NCBI RefSeq assembly: GCF_003918875.1
Contig: NW_025766115.1
Coordinates: 1,364,001 to 1,428,000, forward strand
Reading direction: 5' to 3'
Length of the DNA: 64,000 nucleotides
DNA from: Haliotis rubra
Lineage: Eukaryota
Position 1 is the stretch's first letter; each line of letters starts with the position of its first letter. The notes below the pieces were generated by a model. It did no database searches. It saw only the letters and a list, made by a program, of their open reading frames with translations, and was not told the origin of the DNA. A program made the translations under genes and the position numbers. Of this stretch, positions 49,013 to 63,191 are shown one piece after another.

Positions 49013-51819
49013 GTATTAAGGATTAAGCATGTATTGAGGATGTTTTGATATATCTGAGACATACTACCCTCTTCCGGTATATCATGTATAGGATAATCAA
49101 TTATTGTGCTTCTTGAGTTCTTGGTTTTGGTGCTAGTGCTTTTATCTGGAGACCCTTATATTTGTATATTTCAAAACTATTAAGACAGGAGCACCGTATC
49201 ACCAAGTTGTCATAGCATTTAATCACAGAATTTGAAGACCCTTAAATTTGGATATTTCAAAGTTACCATTTTGATGTGTTGTCAATTCACTAAGTGACTG
49301 GAGCTTTAGTAAAACTCTATACATAAGCATTTAAGCTCTACAATTGTTTTGTGAAATGACCCACATGATGTTAATCAGTAATTTTGGACACTGGTTTAAA
49401 GCATGTATTTTCAGGTGTGTCAGTTGGCAATGCAGGCCAATGCAGTGTGTGAAATAGTTTCCAAATTTTGCTAGCCAGTCAGGCTAGCTATGCCTGAAAG
49501 TTACTAGCCCACAAAATATTTCACTAACCCCAAATTTGACTATAGGAGCAAACCAAAAGATTACAAAAATAGATGAAAATAAGGTATTTTTGGCATGACA
49601 TGGGTTTCATCTTTAAGCTGCTAATATGATGAGGACAGATAAGTGTATTACAACTTAACAAGTCGGAGAGAGTGATATATTTACAAAATTATGCTGTGAA
49701 GATTTACTGGCCTGACTGGATTTTTACTAGCCACAGGCTAGTAGGCCAGTGGTTATTTTGCACACTGCCAATGGTTGATAGCATGATTGATCAGAGTCCC
49801 ATGTGTTTGGGGCGTGACACACAATGACACAAGCCACAGAGCTTTGACCACCAGGTTAGTCAGCTCTAATGAGGAGGACGACAACCCGACACACATTTCA
49901 TCTTCTTGTATTCTTTCACTGTAACATTTCGGTACAGATACTGGCATTTTATCAAGCACGCGATCAGCAACCGAGTAGGACATGATTATATTACAGAGAT
50001 TGCTTGTACAGAGATTAACTAAAACAACAATCAAGGGTTGCAGTGTAATGATAAGGATGAAGTCTGGCAGAGTCATGATATGGACTGGTGCCCAAGATGT
50101 CAATCACCACATTGTCTGGCCCAGACTTGATTATTTACAGACTACCATCAAAAAGCTGTGATACTGCCGATTTAGGCGTCAAACAACATGAAGACATTGT
50201 GAAAACACATTTGAAATTAAAAGTGTGTTTAGTTCTCTTATTTGTTCTACAGTTTGGCCAAGCCAACAGAAATGTAGAAAACATTTAAATTCCAATTATA
50301 ATTTTTCAGGGTTTTTTTCTGATGATCGTGTCTATGAATAAAGGCTGACAACTGTTACCTAACTGACTGAGACACTGTTCATGCTCCGTGACCCACAGTT
50401 GCTTTCTCAAATTCCTTTCAGACCTCACAGACGCTCCAAACATTGTGCGATATTGTGTGGCTTTGTACTGGTGTACACACTGTGCAGTGTCAGCATCGTC
50501 ACAATTCACCAAAAGGAAATGGAGCAATTATTTCTCATCCTGCCAACCCTCCTATAATATATATGTCATTGTGTATTCTTAAAAAAACATTATTTCATAG
50601 TTTCTTTTATATTTTGAACACCATCCAAAGCTCTGAGAAAAATATCATCTGTTAGAAGACAGACCTCACAGCATGGCCTTTTGCAGAGTGAAAATTATAT
50701 GATAAGACATTTGTGTTGCTTGATGTGCCTATTTTACACAAATTGTAATGAGTGTGTAAAACATGTAAGTATTTCTTATCTACTAGCAATAGAAATTGGC
50801 ACAAGCCATGTCGACCTTGCCAAATGGTGCAGTTATTAAGGCATCATAAGCATTGAGACTGTTGAAAAATTTGCCATTTTAACCTTTTTTATGCAGGCTG
50901 GTGGACTAACAGGGATAGTTTCTATCACAAGCTACGCATATTTATTAATGTATTATAAATCAGGATAAAATCAGTAGGTCTATTTGATAGAAAAAAATGA
51001 TATATATATTTATTATTCAGTTTAGTGTTGGATAATATGTGCACATGGAAATGACAATGATGTTCATGATAGTGGACTTAATTAGTTTTGTAGTTCTCAG
51101 TCTGTGACAATACACATTACAACGCTGCTGGAGGCGAATAAAATATGTTTTGATCTAGTAATATTTGCTGACACAATGCGTACATCACACGAAGATATAC
51201 TGAAAATATTGTCATGGAACATATTTAGACAGACTCCAAGGTTTATGGCAACAAGTGTGTAAAACCATGAATTCATGAGCTGAAATCGAAACAGTATTTA
51301 AATAAGCAATGTCTTGCATGTTTACCAATAGATTTAAATATATTCAAAGCAAAATTTGGGCACAGAATCTTGTTCACCTTTTGGGACATTTTAAGTTTTG
51401 CTTCCAATACCACCAAAATGTAATGCCTCTTGGCAGCAATATATGGCACTGTTATGATAATACATGGCTTGAAAATGAACGGCCATAAGAATTGATCGGG
51501 GCTGGGCAAGATCCAAGCTGGCCAAGCTGGGTGTGTGTCCTGCTGCTCTGGAAGTACGAGACAAGGTGTATGTTTTATTCTGTTAGCTGTAAGTGGCATA
51601 AAGCATGTCACTGCCATCAGCTCTTATTGATTGCCCACGCTCACCAAGCAACCAGTTTACCATGCAAGCAATTACTCTGCACAGCCTATGATATCACAGT
51701 TGATGCCAGGGTTTGGTAGTCCAGTGTTCCTTCGGCCAGTTCCTAGAAGGAGCTGACAGGGTATGTAACTGTGCGTGACGGATCAGGAGCTCTACAGCAA
51801 TTGTATGTAAGTATAGGAC

Positions 51820-52017
51820 TAGAATAACGTTTAGTCTCTGAATGTATAATTTTGATACTGACAATATCCATTTAAATTGAAAAGGAGCCCCAGTGAGATG
51901 TGAGATTCAGAACCTGAACCTGCGGAAATCTAGACTTGCTTCATTTAGGGCATTAGCATTGAAGGGAGGACTAGGCAGTAAGGATTATGTGGTTCAGGGA
52001 CCGTGTGTTATAGAGTA
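51820..52017. mobile_element. AcademH-like element, diverged
   Basis: Homology to 27272-27470; degenerate TSD GTATAGGAC/TTATAGGAT. Confidence 0.68.
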
Positions 52018-52255
52018 TTATAGGATTTACATATTCTGCATTGTATCATAGGGCTCTGTGTGTGTTTAATACTGCACTTTGCAATATTTCAGCTATGTGA
52101 TACTGGCCTGTAGATTATCAAGTCTGTACCACACAATCCAGTGATTGATAACATGAACATGCATTGAGGGTATTCACTGAGTCTGACCACCTGATCCAGT
52201 TAGGCATTTACAACCAGCATAGGTTGCTGGGAAACCATTTTAAAAGGAGTCACTA

Positions 52256-52492
52256 GAGTGAGTGAGTGAGTTTAGTTTTACGCCGCACTCAGCAATATTC
52301 CAGCTATATGGTGGCAGTCTGTAAATAATCGAGTCTGGACCAGACAATCCAGTGATCAACAGCATGAGCATTGATGTGTGCAATTGGGAACCGATGACAT
52401 GTGTCAACCAAGTCAGCGAGCCTAACCACCCGATCCCGTTAGTCGCCTCTTACGACAAGCATGGGTTACTGAAGGTTCATTCTAACCCGGGT
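52256..52492 (-). mobile_element. SINE family 2
   Basis: Near-consensus; an older degenerate copy lies at about 52060-52240. Confidence 0.88.
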
Positions 52493-52904
52493 CGTCTCCA
52501 CTGGAGGCACTGTAAGAGTAGCAGTGATAGTATGTGTTAACATGTTCATATGTGGTCACATACCGATTTTAGCAACATGTCAGGCAGGGGACATCAGTAT
52601 GGCTTCACCCATTTTAACCATGCAGGGAATCAGACCCGGGTCTTCGTTGTGACGAGTGGAGGCTTCAACCATTGGGCTCCTCACTGCCTCTCTTCATGTG
52701 CAGTTTCATGAACACAACAGTATGGAAATTTATGCTGGTTATTAATTTTATGTGAAACTGTATCATGTATATTTCATGCAGTGAAAACGATATCTACATA
52801 TACATTGCTATTTTGTGTTCACTTAATGAGATTGGACACAATGAGCTAAATATTGTCACAGTCTGTGACTGTAGGTGAACTGCATGTGAATGAAGCAGAG
52901 CAGC

Positions 52905-52905
<1 letters not shown>

Positions 52906-52935
<30 letters not shown>
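52906..52935. repeat. (AAT)n microsatellite
   Basis: Visible directly. Confidence 0.95.
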
Positions 52936-53039
52936 GTGTTCTTGTATAGCGCACAAATCAAACTGCAAGGCAATTTCTCTAGGCGCATATCAATGTCAAT
53001 CATTCTTTTATTATGTTGCTGATACACAGGCATGCATAT

Positions 53040-53532
53040 GGCCAAATAAAAAATATGTTGTGGTTCCGATTAGAATTAAAATTTAGGGGTAGGTAGGTAG
53101 GATGTTTTTTAACATTTTTTTTAAACTGACTGAATGAGTATTGTTTTATGCCATTTTCGCAATATTCCAGCAATATCACGACGGGGGACACCAGAAATGG
53201 GCTTCACACATTGTACCCATGTGGGGAATTGAACCCATGTCTTCGGTGTGACGAGCGGATGCTTTAACCACCAGGCTACCCAACCACCCCTTTCTTTTTT
53301 TAGAAGTAAAGTACAAACTAATAACACATCTATCAATGTGTAATTGTTTATTCAATCAAGCTTGCGGCCATCATGTTGACTTTCTTTATCAGAATGACCG
53401 ATGTCAGTCGGTGCTGAGAAAAACAATGGTATCTGAAAGCTTATATTATTCATACCGCTTTAAAAAAATAGGGTCGGCACCAGAATTCAAGGGTCGGTCG
53501 GGTAATCGGAACCACAGCATTTTTTTTAGGCC
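53040..53532. mobile_element. Zator/Harbinger-like MITE containing a family-1 SINE (53125-53290, minus)
   Basis: GGCC..AAAAAA.ATG(T/C)TGTGGTTCCG TIRs; 3-bp TSD TAT. Confidence 0.68.
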
Positions 53533-53675
53533 TATACCTTCAAAGTGGCTTTAAACCCACAGCCCAAGTTTGTCAGTATTTTGTCTTATATCAGTGTGTG
53601 ATTGTAATCAGTGCTAAGTTTTGGTCAAGTTGATTTGGTTTAGAAAAGTTAACCCAAACATCTACTGGAAATGGC

Positions 53676-53844
53676 TGACTGACTGACTGAGTTTGGTTTT
53701 ACGCCGCTTTTAGCAATATTCCAGCAATATCACGGCGGGGGACACCAGAAATGGGCTTCACTCATTGTACCCATGTGGGGATTTGAACCCGGGTCTTCAG
53801 CGTGACGAGCCAATGCTTTAACCACTAGACTACCCTACCGCCCC
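53676..53844 (-). mobile_element. SINE family 1
   Basis: TSD CTACTGGAAATGG. Confidence 0.9.
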
Positions 53845-54767
53845 TACTGGAAATGGAGTCAAATTACGTTTGAGTTAGTCAGATGGGCATTTTTGTGTGT
53901 GTTACATAATACAGATTATATTAGAACCGACCCAGAAGGTAATACAAACAGCATCCTGTTGCAGTCATAAGGGAGACTTAAAGGCTCACATTTTCGACAA
54001 TATTTTGGCCTATATAATATATATTGGGGTACATGCACTCACTTTAGTTTCCTATTGATGCAATAATATTGCCGATGTGACGTTAAATATTAACTCACTC
54101 ACTATTGATGCAATAAAACACTTGTTATCCCTTACGACTTGCCTGAAACGGATAATTGAAACTTTGAGGCGAACAGCTTCCAAACAGATAGCACTTGCCA
54201 TATATGGAATGTAAACAACTGCTCCATACATAAAAAAAAATCGCATGCAGTGTTGTCGCTGTTTGCCGAATTGGTTTCAATCACAAGTTTGGGTAGGATA
54301 TTCGTAAAAAGTGCTCCAAGCGACATATCTCTATGGTGTTCGCTTGAAATAATGTTCGTCTGGTGGAGGGCGCGAGAGTCGATTTAATGTAATGTTGCAT
54401 TAATTCGTTCAAACTTTTTGATTTAATATTGTAATCCAAATGCGTAATTTTTTGGAATAAATTATAGAGTAGCTTCTCTGAGGGCTGATAGTTATTATTA
54501 TTGAGAGAAATGCATTATTTATTTTAGAGAAGAGTGGTGTGATATATAGCGCCTTTAATGAATCAAGGTGTCTGGCTCACAGTTGGTGACCAGGTTGATA
54601 GTCTGTCATTGTACCCTGACAATGTGGGACAATGTTGTGTGTGTAGCACTCAACACTATACAGATTGATGGGTGAGTGAGTGAGTAAGGTTTTACACTGC
54701 TTATACTAAAAGTTTTAGCAATATTCCAGCAGTATCACGAACCGGGGACACCAGAAATGGGCTTAAC

Positions 54768-54990
54768 CAGTGTATGAAATAAACTCAAAATCAGGGCTGG
54801 TAACTTCAAAATGTTACCAGCCCCAAATGGATTTAACCAGATCAGACACCAACATATGGTGAATTTGCTCAAATGTATGGGACATCTAAAAATGTTACCA
54901 GACCATCGGGCTGGCTAGCTGTAAATTTAGACCGTCCGTCAGAAATCTAGACCATCTCGGGCGGTCGGACGGGCCTTATTTCATACACTG
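54768..54990. mobile_element. MITE with 15-bp TIR CAGTGTATGAAATAA inserted in a family-1 SINE
   Basis: Perfect TIR; SINE tail upstream at 54671-54767. Confidence 0.75.
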
Positions 54991-55005
54991 GCAACACATT
55001 GAACC

Positions 55006-55230
55006 GACCTACCTGTTGGAAAGATCTGGGTTAGAAATGATCTTCACCTGCCCAGGCTTGTCATAAAAGGCAACTAGTTGGATCTTGTGATCAGACTGAT
55101 TGCTTTTGTTGACACATATATGTCATTGTACCCCAATCACTGGATTGTCTGGTCCAGACTGGATTATGTACAGACCGGTGCCATACAGCTGGAATATTGC
55201 TGACTGCAGCAGTAAACAACAAATAAACAT
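55006..55230 (+). mobile_element. SINE family 2, diverged
   Basis: Consensus match. Confidence 0.75.
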
Positions 55231-55231
55231 C

Positions 55232-55579
55232 TAGGGCTGGGACGATTCATCAATGCACCGATACATCACGATACATTTTAAGCTTGATACAGCTATCGTA
55301 TCGTCGACTGGTGTATTGATACAAAACGATGCACGACTTTTTTTCAAAACAGTATTATCTAAAAGTACTTATTTAGAGAAATATACGCAAGTATGATAGA
55401 GTTACTTGTTTGTTTATTACAATAGTGTTATTGTTATACACAAATACCTTGAAATAAATCATTTTAAATTTTAATACTGTGTCATTCTTTCAAGGTGTAT
55501 GTATTGTAATAGTATCATATCGGAGGTAAAATATCGCGATGGGTATAGTATCGTGACATAGTGTATCGTCCCAGCCCTA
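55232..55579. mobile_element. hAT-type MITE
   Basis: TIR TAGGGCTGGGACGAT; subterminal CGATAC repeats; 8-bp TSD at 6/8 match. Confidence 0.8.
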
Positions 55580-55998
55580 CAAACATTCCAACCAAGTCAC
55601 CAAGCCTGACCACCTGATCCTATTCGTAACCTCTTCTAACTGGCAAGGGTTGTTAGCAACCTGTATATTCTTATCAGAAATCCCAACGGATGTGAGAAAT
55701 CATTGAGTAATTTGTCATTATAATGAAGTCAGCAGTAAAATCTTGCCCACACTTAATGATATCCACTAGACCCACAGATACTTGAGCTATCTGGCATTTG
55801 CAGAGATGTCAATGACTTTATCATAGTCGCTACGAATTTTAGCCTCAAACTATGCCAATACGATTGCAATAGAAACTCTACTAAATTTGAAGAAAATTCA
55901 TTAAAATTCAGATATATAGACAAAAACATTTTCATCGATTAAATACATTTTCGCCAAAAAGAGACAAGAAGAAATGTAATGCTGATACGTGTAATTTG

Positions 55999-56147
55999 GA
56001 AATCTGGTATTGGAGGTATGTGAAATCTGCTGTTGGAGGTATGTGAAATCTGCTGTTGGAGGTATGTGAAATCTGTTGTTGGAGGTATGTGAAATCTGCT
56101 GTTGGAGGTACCCGGTATGTGAAATCTGCTGTTGGAGGTATGTGAAA
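55999..56147. repeat. 23-bp minisatellite, about 6 copies
   Basis: Unit GGAGGTATGTGAAATCTGCTGTT. Confidence 0.93.
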
Positions 56148-56986
56148 TTGAAGCTTACTCTTGATTAGTGTCATATTATCTCTCTCAGAATCCATCATGA
56201 TTTTAAGTATTTAGTTGACTACTAATTTTGATCCTTGACACTACTATTTGCAACACTTTGGGGTTGGCATCTCTACATTTGAGGTGATTTGATGTTCCAT
56301 ATACTCAGCCTGTTCTGATGCGATGTTTACATAGTATTGTTTTGAAATGCAGATATTTTGTCAGTTATATGTTAATTTAGTTGTCACAGCTGTTCCTGGG
56401 TTGTCCCACTTCATGGACAGGTGATGGTGATTTCTATGGAGAAGCATGTACAAAGTGAACGCCCCCTGCCCTTAAAATTTATGTACAAAGTAAGTGATCC
56501 CCATGCATGTCATGTACAAAATCAATGCCTCCCAATCCGATAATTTCTAAGCATAATTTTTTAAATTTAACATAAGATTTTCAAGGACATTTTTATCCTT
56601 TTACTAATTTTGAACGGGACATGCTTCTCTAGTTGCTAATATTGAAGAAATAGCAGTCAGTCAGTGTCCTAGAATTTGAACTATTTTAGAACATTGGGCA
56701 ACAGCAGTGTTGAATGTGTAGGATTATGATCTGTTAAGTGCGTAGCTGTAGTTTTAGTTGGAGTGTACATACATGGAGGCAAGTCTGTTGATAAGCATGA
56801 TATGCCAACATTGAAGTCACGAAGTAGTCCCATGAAGCTGTGCATGAGCTGTCAAGTCTGGAAAACCCATCTGAAACACATTCCTACTGCAAAGGGCCAG
56901 TGGGGTAGCTAAGTGGTCAAAGTGTTTGCTCGTTATGACAGATGTGTGAAGTGCTTGTTGACATATTGGCATTAACTGTGACTCCC

Positions 56987-57362
56987 TAGACTAACGCTTA
57001 GTCTCTGAATATATATAATTTTGATCGCAACAAACAAACCCATTTAAACTGAATGGGAGCCCAAGGCAGACCAGAGATTCAGAACCTGAGGAAAACTAGA
57101 CTTCATTTAGGGCTTTAGCATTGCAGAGAGGACGAGGCAGTCAGGAAAATAATGTGGTTCAGTGAGTTGAGTGAGTGAGTTGGGTTTTACACCGCTTTTA
57201 GCAATATTCCAGCAATATCACGGCGGGGGACACCATAAATGGGCTTCACACATTGTGCCCATGTGGGGATTCAAACCTGGGTCGTCAGCATGACGAGCCG
57301 ACGCTTTAACCATTAGGCTACCCCACCGCCCCAATGTGGTTCAGGGATTGTGAGACAGACTA
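56987..57362. mobile_element. AcademH-like element containing a family-1 SINE (57163-57332, minus, TSD AATGTGGTTCAG)
   Basis: TAGACTAA...CAGACTA; 9-bp TSD GTGACTCCC. Confidence 0.8.
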
Positions 57363-58348
57363 GTGACTCCCTTACTCCTGGGGCCACCACTGATGTTCGA
57401 AAATTGAAGAAATTATAATTATTTCCTGCATTTACCAATTGTTATTTTCTGTGTGAAATAACAAAAGAAGTTAATGCTGAGAGATTTAGACTTCTAGCAG
57501 ATAACTGTTGCCTCAAACAGTTCCAACAGAAACATTCTTCCAAACAAACCAGTTAGCTATACTAATCGTCCTTTTAATGCCAAAACTCAAGCCGTGTTGT
57601 CTTAAACACTTTCAGTGAAGGGTCTTGATGACATAGACCTTGATTAGTTTCGTCCCAGGTCAGCAAGATGTCTTGAGAATAATATTGACCTTACTGTATT
57701 GTCAGACAGAACTTGTCAATACTGCCACAAATTGGGCTGTCTGTGAGGGACTGTCTTGATTGGATTCCAGTTTGTACCCAGCCCAGATTTGACAGAGCCT
57801 GTCTATAATGGAGACTCCAAACTTCAAAGGTAGTGGCTGTTTATTCGATTAGTTGAGTTCAATTCTGTCTGGGCAATTAGAGTGAAGGTTGTCGGTAATT
57901 GAAATGTGTCCAATAATTTGCCTCAGAGCCCAGAATATGTTTTGAGAAGATCTACACAAGTCTGTGAGTTGACTGAAGTGTTCTCTCAAATATAACAAGT
58001 TTCTTCGTCCTGATCGGAATTTTATGAAGTTTGGCTAGAATAATCTTTGATGAACTCTGCGGCATTCTGGGAACAATCACCATTTGGGATGACATAAGCT
58101 GAGGATTGTTATCAATCTCGGTCTATATATGAGTTAATCTACCAGTCCAAAGTAAAATTACATCGGGTGTAGAAAGCTTAGGTGATACTACACTATGTGA
58201 TGGCATCAGAGGCATCTGAATATGTAGGAAACAAGTTTGTATTGGACTTGTTCATAGGATGTTATATTTGATACAGATATTTGACAGTTATGACAGTTTC
58301 TGTGCTGAACTGATGAAGATGAAATGCTTCATGACTCGTGATGTGTAA

Positions 58349-58514
58349 CAGGGGCGGATACAGCTTTTTGAGAAAGGGGGTGCACACTATTGAGAAAAGC
58401 GAGGGGTGCACACTTCATTTTCACCTGAGTTTCAATGGTCATTTAACAAACGTTCAGCACAAAAGGGGGTGGGTGGGTGCACACCCCTGCACCCCCCCTC
58501 TGGATCCGCCTATG
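58349..58514. mobile_element. MITE CAGGGGCGGAT..ATCCGCCTATG
   Basis: Imperfect TIR; TSD TGTAA. Confidence 0.75.
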
Positions 58515-58579
58515 TGTAATATGTACATACAAGTTCTGTTAGTTTTTTAACTTTGCACTTTGCAATATTCAAGGTATAT

Positions 58580-58934
58580 CAGGGCTCCAGATAATTTTTC
58601 AACGTCAGGAGTACATACTCCTTATTTGTTCAATATAGGAGTACTGGAAAACCTTAAGTGTACATTATGATTTAGAGTACTGAATGGAATTTAATGGAAT
58701 ATCAGCAATCTTATGTTTCGTTTCATATATGCACCACAACATTGCTGCTCTTGTGTAAACAGGTCAATAAACAATAAAACAATACTTTTTCAGATAAATA
58801 CGTCTGTAAATGATTCTAAGACCGTACACCATTGCTGTGGTGCGTATCTGCTACGTTTTCTAAATTATTTCCTACCGTATCGTGCATATTGTATATCCGT
58901 ACATACACCGATACGGCCCTTATCTGGAGCCCTG
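58580..58934. mobile_element. MITE with 15-bp TIR CAGGGCTCCAGATAA splitting a family-2 SINE (about 58540-59124)
   Basis: Perfect TIR; TSD TATAT; SINE sequence resumes at 58935. Confidence 0.8.
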
Positions 58935-59586
58935 TATATGATGGCTGTCTGTAAATAATTGAGTCTGGACCAGACAATCCAGTGATCAACATCATGAGTA
59001 TAGATTGGGATATGATGTCATGCAAGAACCAAGTAAGCAAGCCTGACCACCTGATCCTGTTAGTTGCCTTTTACGACAAGCATGGGTCGCTGGAGACCAA
59101 TTCTAACCAGGATCTTCATGGGCCGTGTACTTACCACAACAACAAGATACGTCCTTTATGAAATGAACTCAGTTCAGATGACTGGTCATAGAAATATCAT
59201 GACATAGGCATGACGGATTTACCAAGTCATATGAAAAGTACAAGTGTTATGAACCTCTTTGGATTGCATATGTACTTGTATTTTGGTTCTACGTGTAAGC
59301 CTGCATGTACGCTGTGCTATTGTGTTGGTATCTGCAGACCTGTGTATGTGATGCCAATGTGGTATTTAGGACTCCAGGTGTTCCTGGTTAATGTAGAGAC
59401 CAGCTAGTGTACGGCAGGTAGCATGTGTAGTTGGACCACACAGTGCAAAAGGAACGCAACTGTTTAGTTGTTGTGTCATGAGTGAGTATGTGTCGCTTTG
59501 GATGAAGGTAGGCCTCATTTTGACCTGTGTTTCATGTGCAGCTTGAAGCACTATTCTTTGCTGGAATATTGCTAAAAATGGTGTAC

Positions 59587-59797
59587 NNNNNNNNNNNNNN
59601 NNNNNNNNNNNNNNNNNNNNNNNNNNNNNNNNNNNNNNNNNNNNNNNNNNNNNNNNNNNNNNNNNNNNNNNNNNNNNNNNNNNNNNNNNNNNNNNNNNNN
59701 NNNNNNNNNNNNNNNNNNNNNNNNNNNNNNNNNNNNNNNNNNNNNNNNNNNNNNNNNNNNNNNNNNNNNNNNNNNNNNNNNNNNNNNNNNNNNNNNN
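59587..59797. other. Assembly gap (N run)
   Basis: N bases. Confidence 1.
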
Positions 59798-62700
59798 CCC
59801 TGTCCCAATGTTTAATGTATTTGTGCATATCATTAACCCATAAGTCAGACCAAAGTCCTGTTCATTATTCTTATACATTGTACAGGACCAGCCAACTGTA
59901 TTCACACATGTCACACATTGTGTTCACCAGAGTGACAGATGTTACCAGACTTATTGAAACATTGATGTTTATGCAATGTTTTCACGTTCAGAAACTCATT
60001 TTCGAAATTGACAGGGATCTTGGGCAATTGAGGTTTGTAAATTGAAAAACACAGATTGGAAATGTTTTATCTTTTCCAAATTGCATTATCCTAGTGTCTA
60101 CCATAACGAGCACTACAAAGACGAATCATTGTGTCATTAACTCTGTGAATCTATGTCAGTAGCTCAAGTGTTACATCACGTGGCAGAGTGATTTATGATA
60201 CCCGACTGCTGGCATACATTATGCAATAACCTACTCCAGGTGCATACAATGCTTGCGATAGTCAGTGACAGCAGCTGAAAAAAATACTGTTCTGGTTAAT
60301 TATCACTAACTGGCTCAAAGATCGGTCAATGTTTACCTGTATTATGGCCTGCATGTGTGTATGAGGGGGGGTCCTGTGCAACCAAAACTTCAACATGACA
60401 CAGTATTAGATACGTGACACTGATCTCCCCAGAACTAATAATATGATTTTGTTTATTCTGTACCCAGCTGGTGTTATTACTCAATTAAACTTTTGTCCGT
60501 TTCAGTTGTTACCAATACAGACAACCAAATATTTACTTTTAATCAAGTGCAATAGCTCAAAGTTAATATTTTCAACTATATTTTTTTGCCATCATGTCAT
60601 GTTTTTACTGGTCGCATACTGATGTAAGTGAAATATATTACTATTTTTTTTGATACTTGCACTTAATGAATTTCTGACAGACTGCAGCCAATATGTATAT
60701 GGAAATATCAACATGGCATCGATATGCCATACATACAATATACATAGGATTGTGCTGCATGTCCTGTACGGTTCTAGTACATCATCTACAGAAGTAATGT
60801 TATGGACAGTGATGAAAATGAGATGGGCTCCAAGAGGAAGTTGACATTCTGCTGGTATCTGGGAAACTGAATATATACATGACCTTTAAACTTAGAAATG
60901 TCTGGTCTCAGCTGTCGTGTCATCCCGATATTCTCGGGCTGCATCATCTGCATCAGTCCTGGATGTAAGTGGACGGTTCTGGAGGTAAGCTGAAGTATGG
61001 TCTTGAAATTCGTCTTCAAATTTGAGACCTGTTGAGTGTGAGGAAGTGGTGACAGTTATTGACTACAGTACAAAATCAATATTTCTCCAAGTTCAGATTG
61101 TCCCAGGGATGGTTTAGAACGAGAAGATGCACATTTCAGCATCAGACATACACACCATTGTTGCACTCGTGTAGCTGTGCCAGTGCTGGAGTTTGTGTCA
61201 GAGATGGAGTCTCGGCGCCGATAAAGACCAAGTCCAGGGTGTCGCATGTGTCACTGGCGTCCCCGTCTGTCTGTCCGATCATCTACCTTCAGACCATGGA
61301 GGTTAGCTGCCATCAGTTCTGTGATCCCTGATTTGGTGTGGTCAGATATATATGAAACTTTTGTCCGGAAAATCAATAAGATAGAAGCATGGTTCTGTAA
61401 GATACATTGAGGAAGAGGGGTGAGGGATAATTTTCATTGATTATCTTAAATGTCACGATATGCTAATGATTCTAGCATTTATTTAGCTCGGCCTTCTTTT
61501 TGTATGGAAGTCTCGGGTCAGCTTAGCGAGTGGGATCTGTTTCTGCAGGAGACCTGTGTTGGCGTGAGCAGGCTGCAGCAACCAAATTAATTGCTACACT
61601 ATAGCCTGCTTATGAAGAATGAATATTGAAACTTTATGGATTTTGTGACAAAGCCAGAAGCGGTTTCTTTGCAACATTTAACAAGATTCGCTTAACTGAA
61701 AGTGTATGAAAATCTTGTTGTTACATCTTTGACAATTCATCTGTCCAAGAAAGCCGATCAATGAAGATAGAAAGGTACCCCGGTCTGGATTGTGCCATAA
61801 CTCAACTAGCTTCATTGGAATTTGACAGGAAATCAGCTTGGCTTGGTGGTTGTGCCAGAACAGATCTCATCAGGTATGAGAAAGACCATTAGTTAGGCTG
61901 AAGCATTTTATTACAGAATTATCTTCGTCACTTCATACATGTTTATTAGCTGGCTTTTTCTTCTGATATTCAGCTGTTTTCATACCTTCGAAATTATGAC
62001 TCTTGTCATATTTTGAGGACAAAATATTAGCTCATCACAATCTCAAAGCGTGTTTCAGGAGTTTTGTCAACGTTAAAACAAAACATTTGGTAATGTCATT
62101 ATTAATTCAGTATTGTTAACAATACCTGTTGTATGATGTCATGCCAGAGATATCTGGAAGTCTGTGATGGCAAAACTATCCATGACAGAATTTGCTGTAC
62201 AGAGTTGTGTTTCTTAGCTGTTCCAGCATTTGCTGCCTCTGACTTCAAATTTCAGTGTGTTTCAGTTACTTTTGTATTGTTTATATATCAGAGGAAAGAA
62301 ACTCCCAAAAATTTCAGCCAGACCGCAGGGCTGGTTAGATGTAAACTTGCCAGCCCTGATCAAAACGTACCTGCCCACAAAATATCTTCATATACATGTC
62401 TAAATTTTAACCCGACCGTCGGGCAGGTGACTTTGAGAATAACCCGTCCTGGGCAGTCAGGCAGGCAGGTATTTCGAACGCTGTATATATGCAAGTGAAA
62501 AAACTTTAAGTAGATTAAATGGAAATGGAAAACATATAGGAATGTATTTTAAAATATCTAGCGTTTTGTTTAATGAACTCAGGTACCAACTTTAATACTA
62601 ATACATTTATCCTGAAACTTCAATAGTTTTTCCTGGGTACTTGCACTTTGCTGGCACCACAAAACCTGCATTGGTCATGAGGACAGCCGTACCACAAATG

Positions 62701-62949
62701 ATTTTTATGTTTCCAACTAAACGCAGATGTATATATGAATGCTGATCATTGGCAGACAACATTATTTATGTTCATTGAAGCTCTGCGTTTGTCATCAGCA
62801 ACAGGTATACATTACTCATTAAAAGAGTGATATTATCAAAGTGGTGGTGTGGTGTTTAACTTTATTTAAGCTGAACATGAGGGCACTAGGATGAGCAATA
62901 CCTCACTCTTAACACAATCATGTCACATTATACCTACTTACTTTGAAAG

Positions 62950-63191
62950 AACCTGTGAAGATCCAGGTTAGAATTGATCTCCAGTAACCCATGCTTGTCG
63001 TAAGAGGCGACTAATGGGATCGGGTGGTCAGGCTTGCTGACTTGGTTGACATATGTCATCATATCCCAGTTGCGTATATCGATGTTCATGCTGTTGATAT
63101 CTAGATTGTCTGGTGCAGACTCGATTATTTACAGACCGCCACCATATATTGGAATATTGCTAAGTGCGGCGTAAAACTAAACTCACTCACT
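62950..63191 (+). mobile_element. SINE family 2, full length
   Basis: ACCTGTGAAGATCCAGGTTAGAATT...CCATGCTTGTCGTAAGAGGCGACTAA...(CACT)n. Confidence 0.88.
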
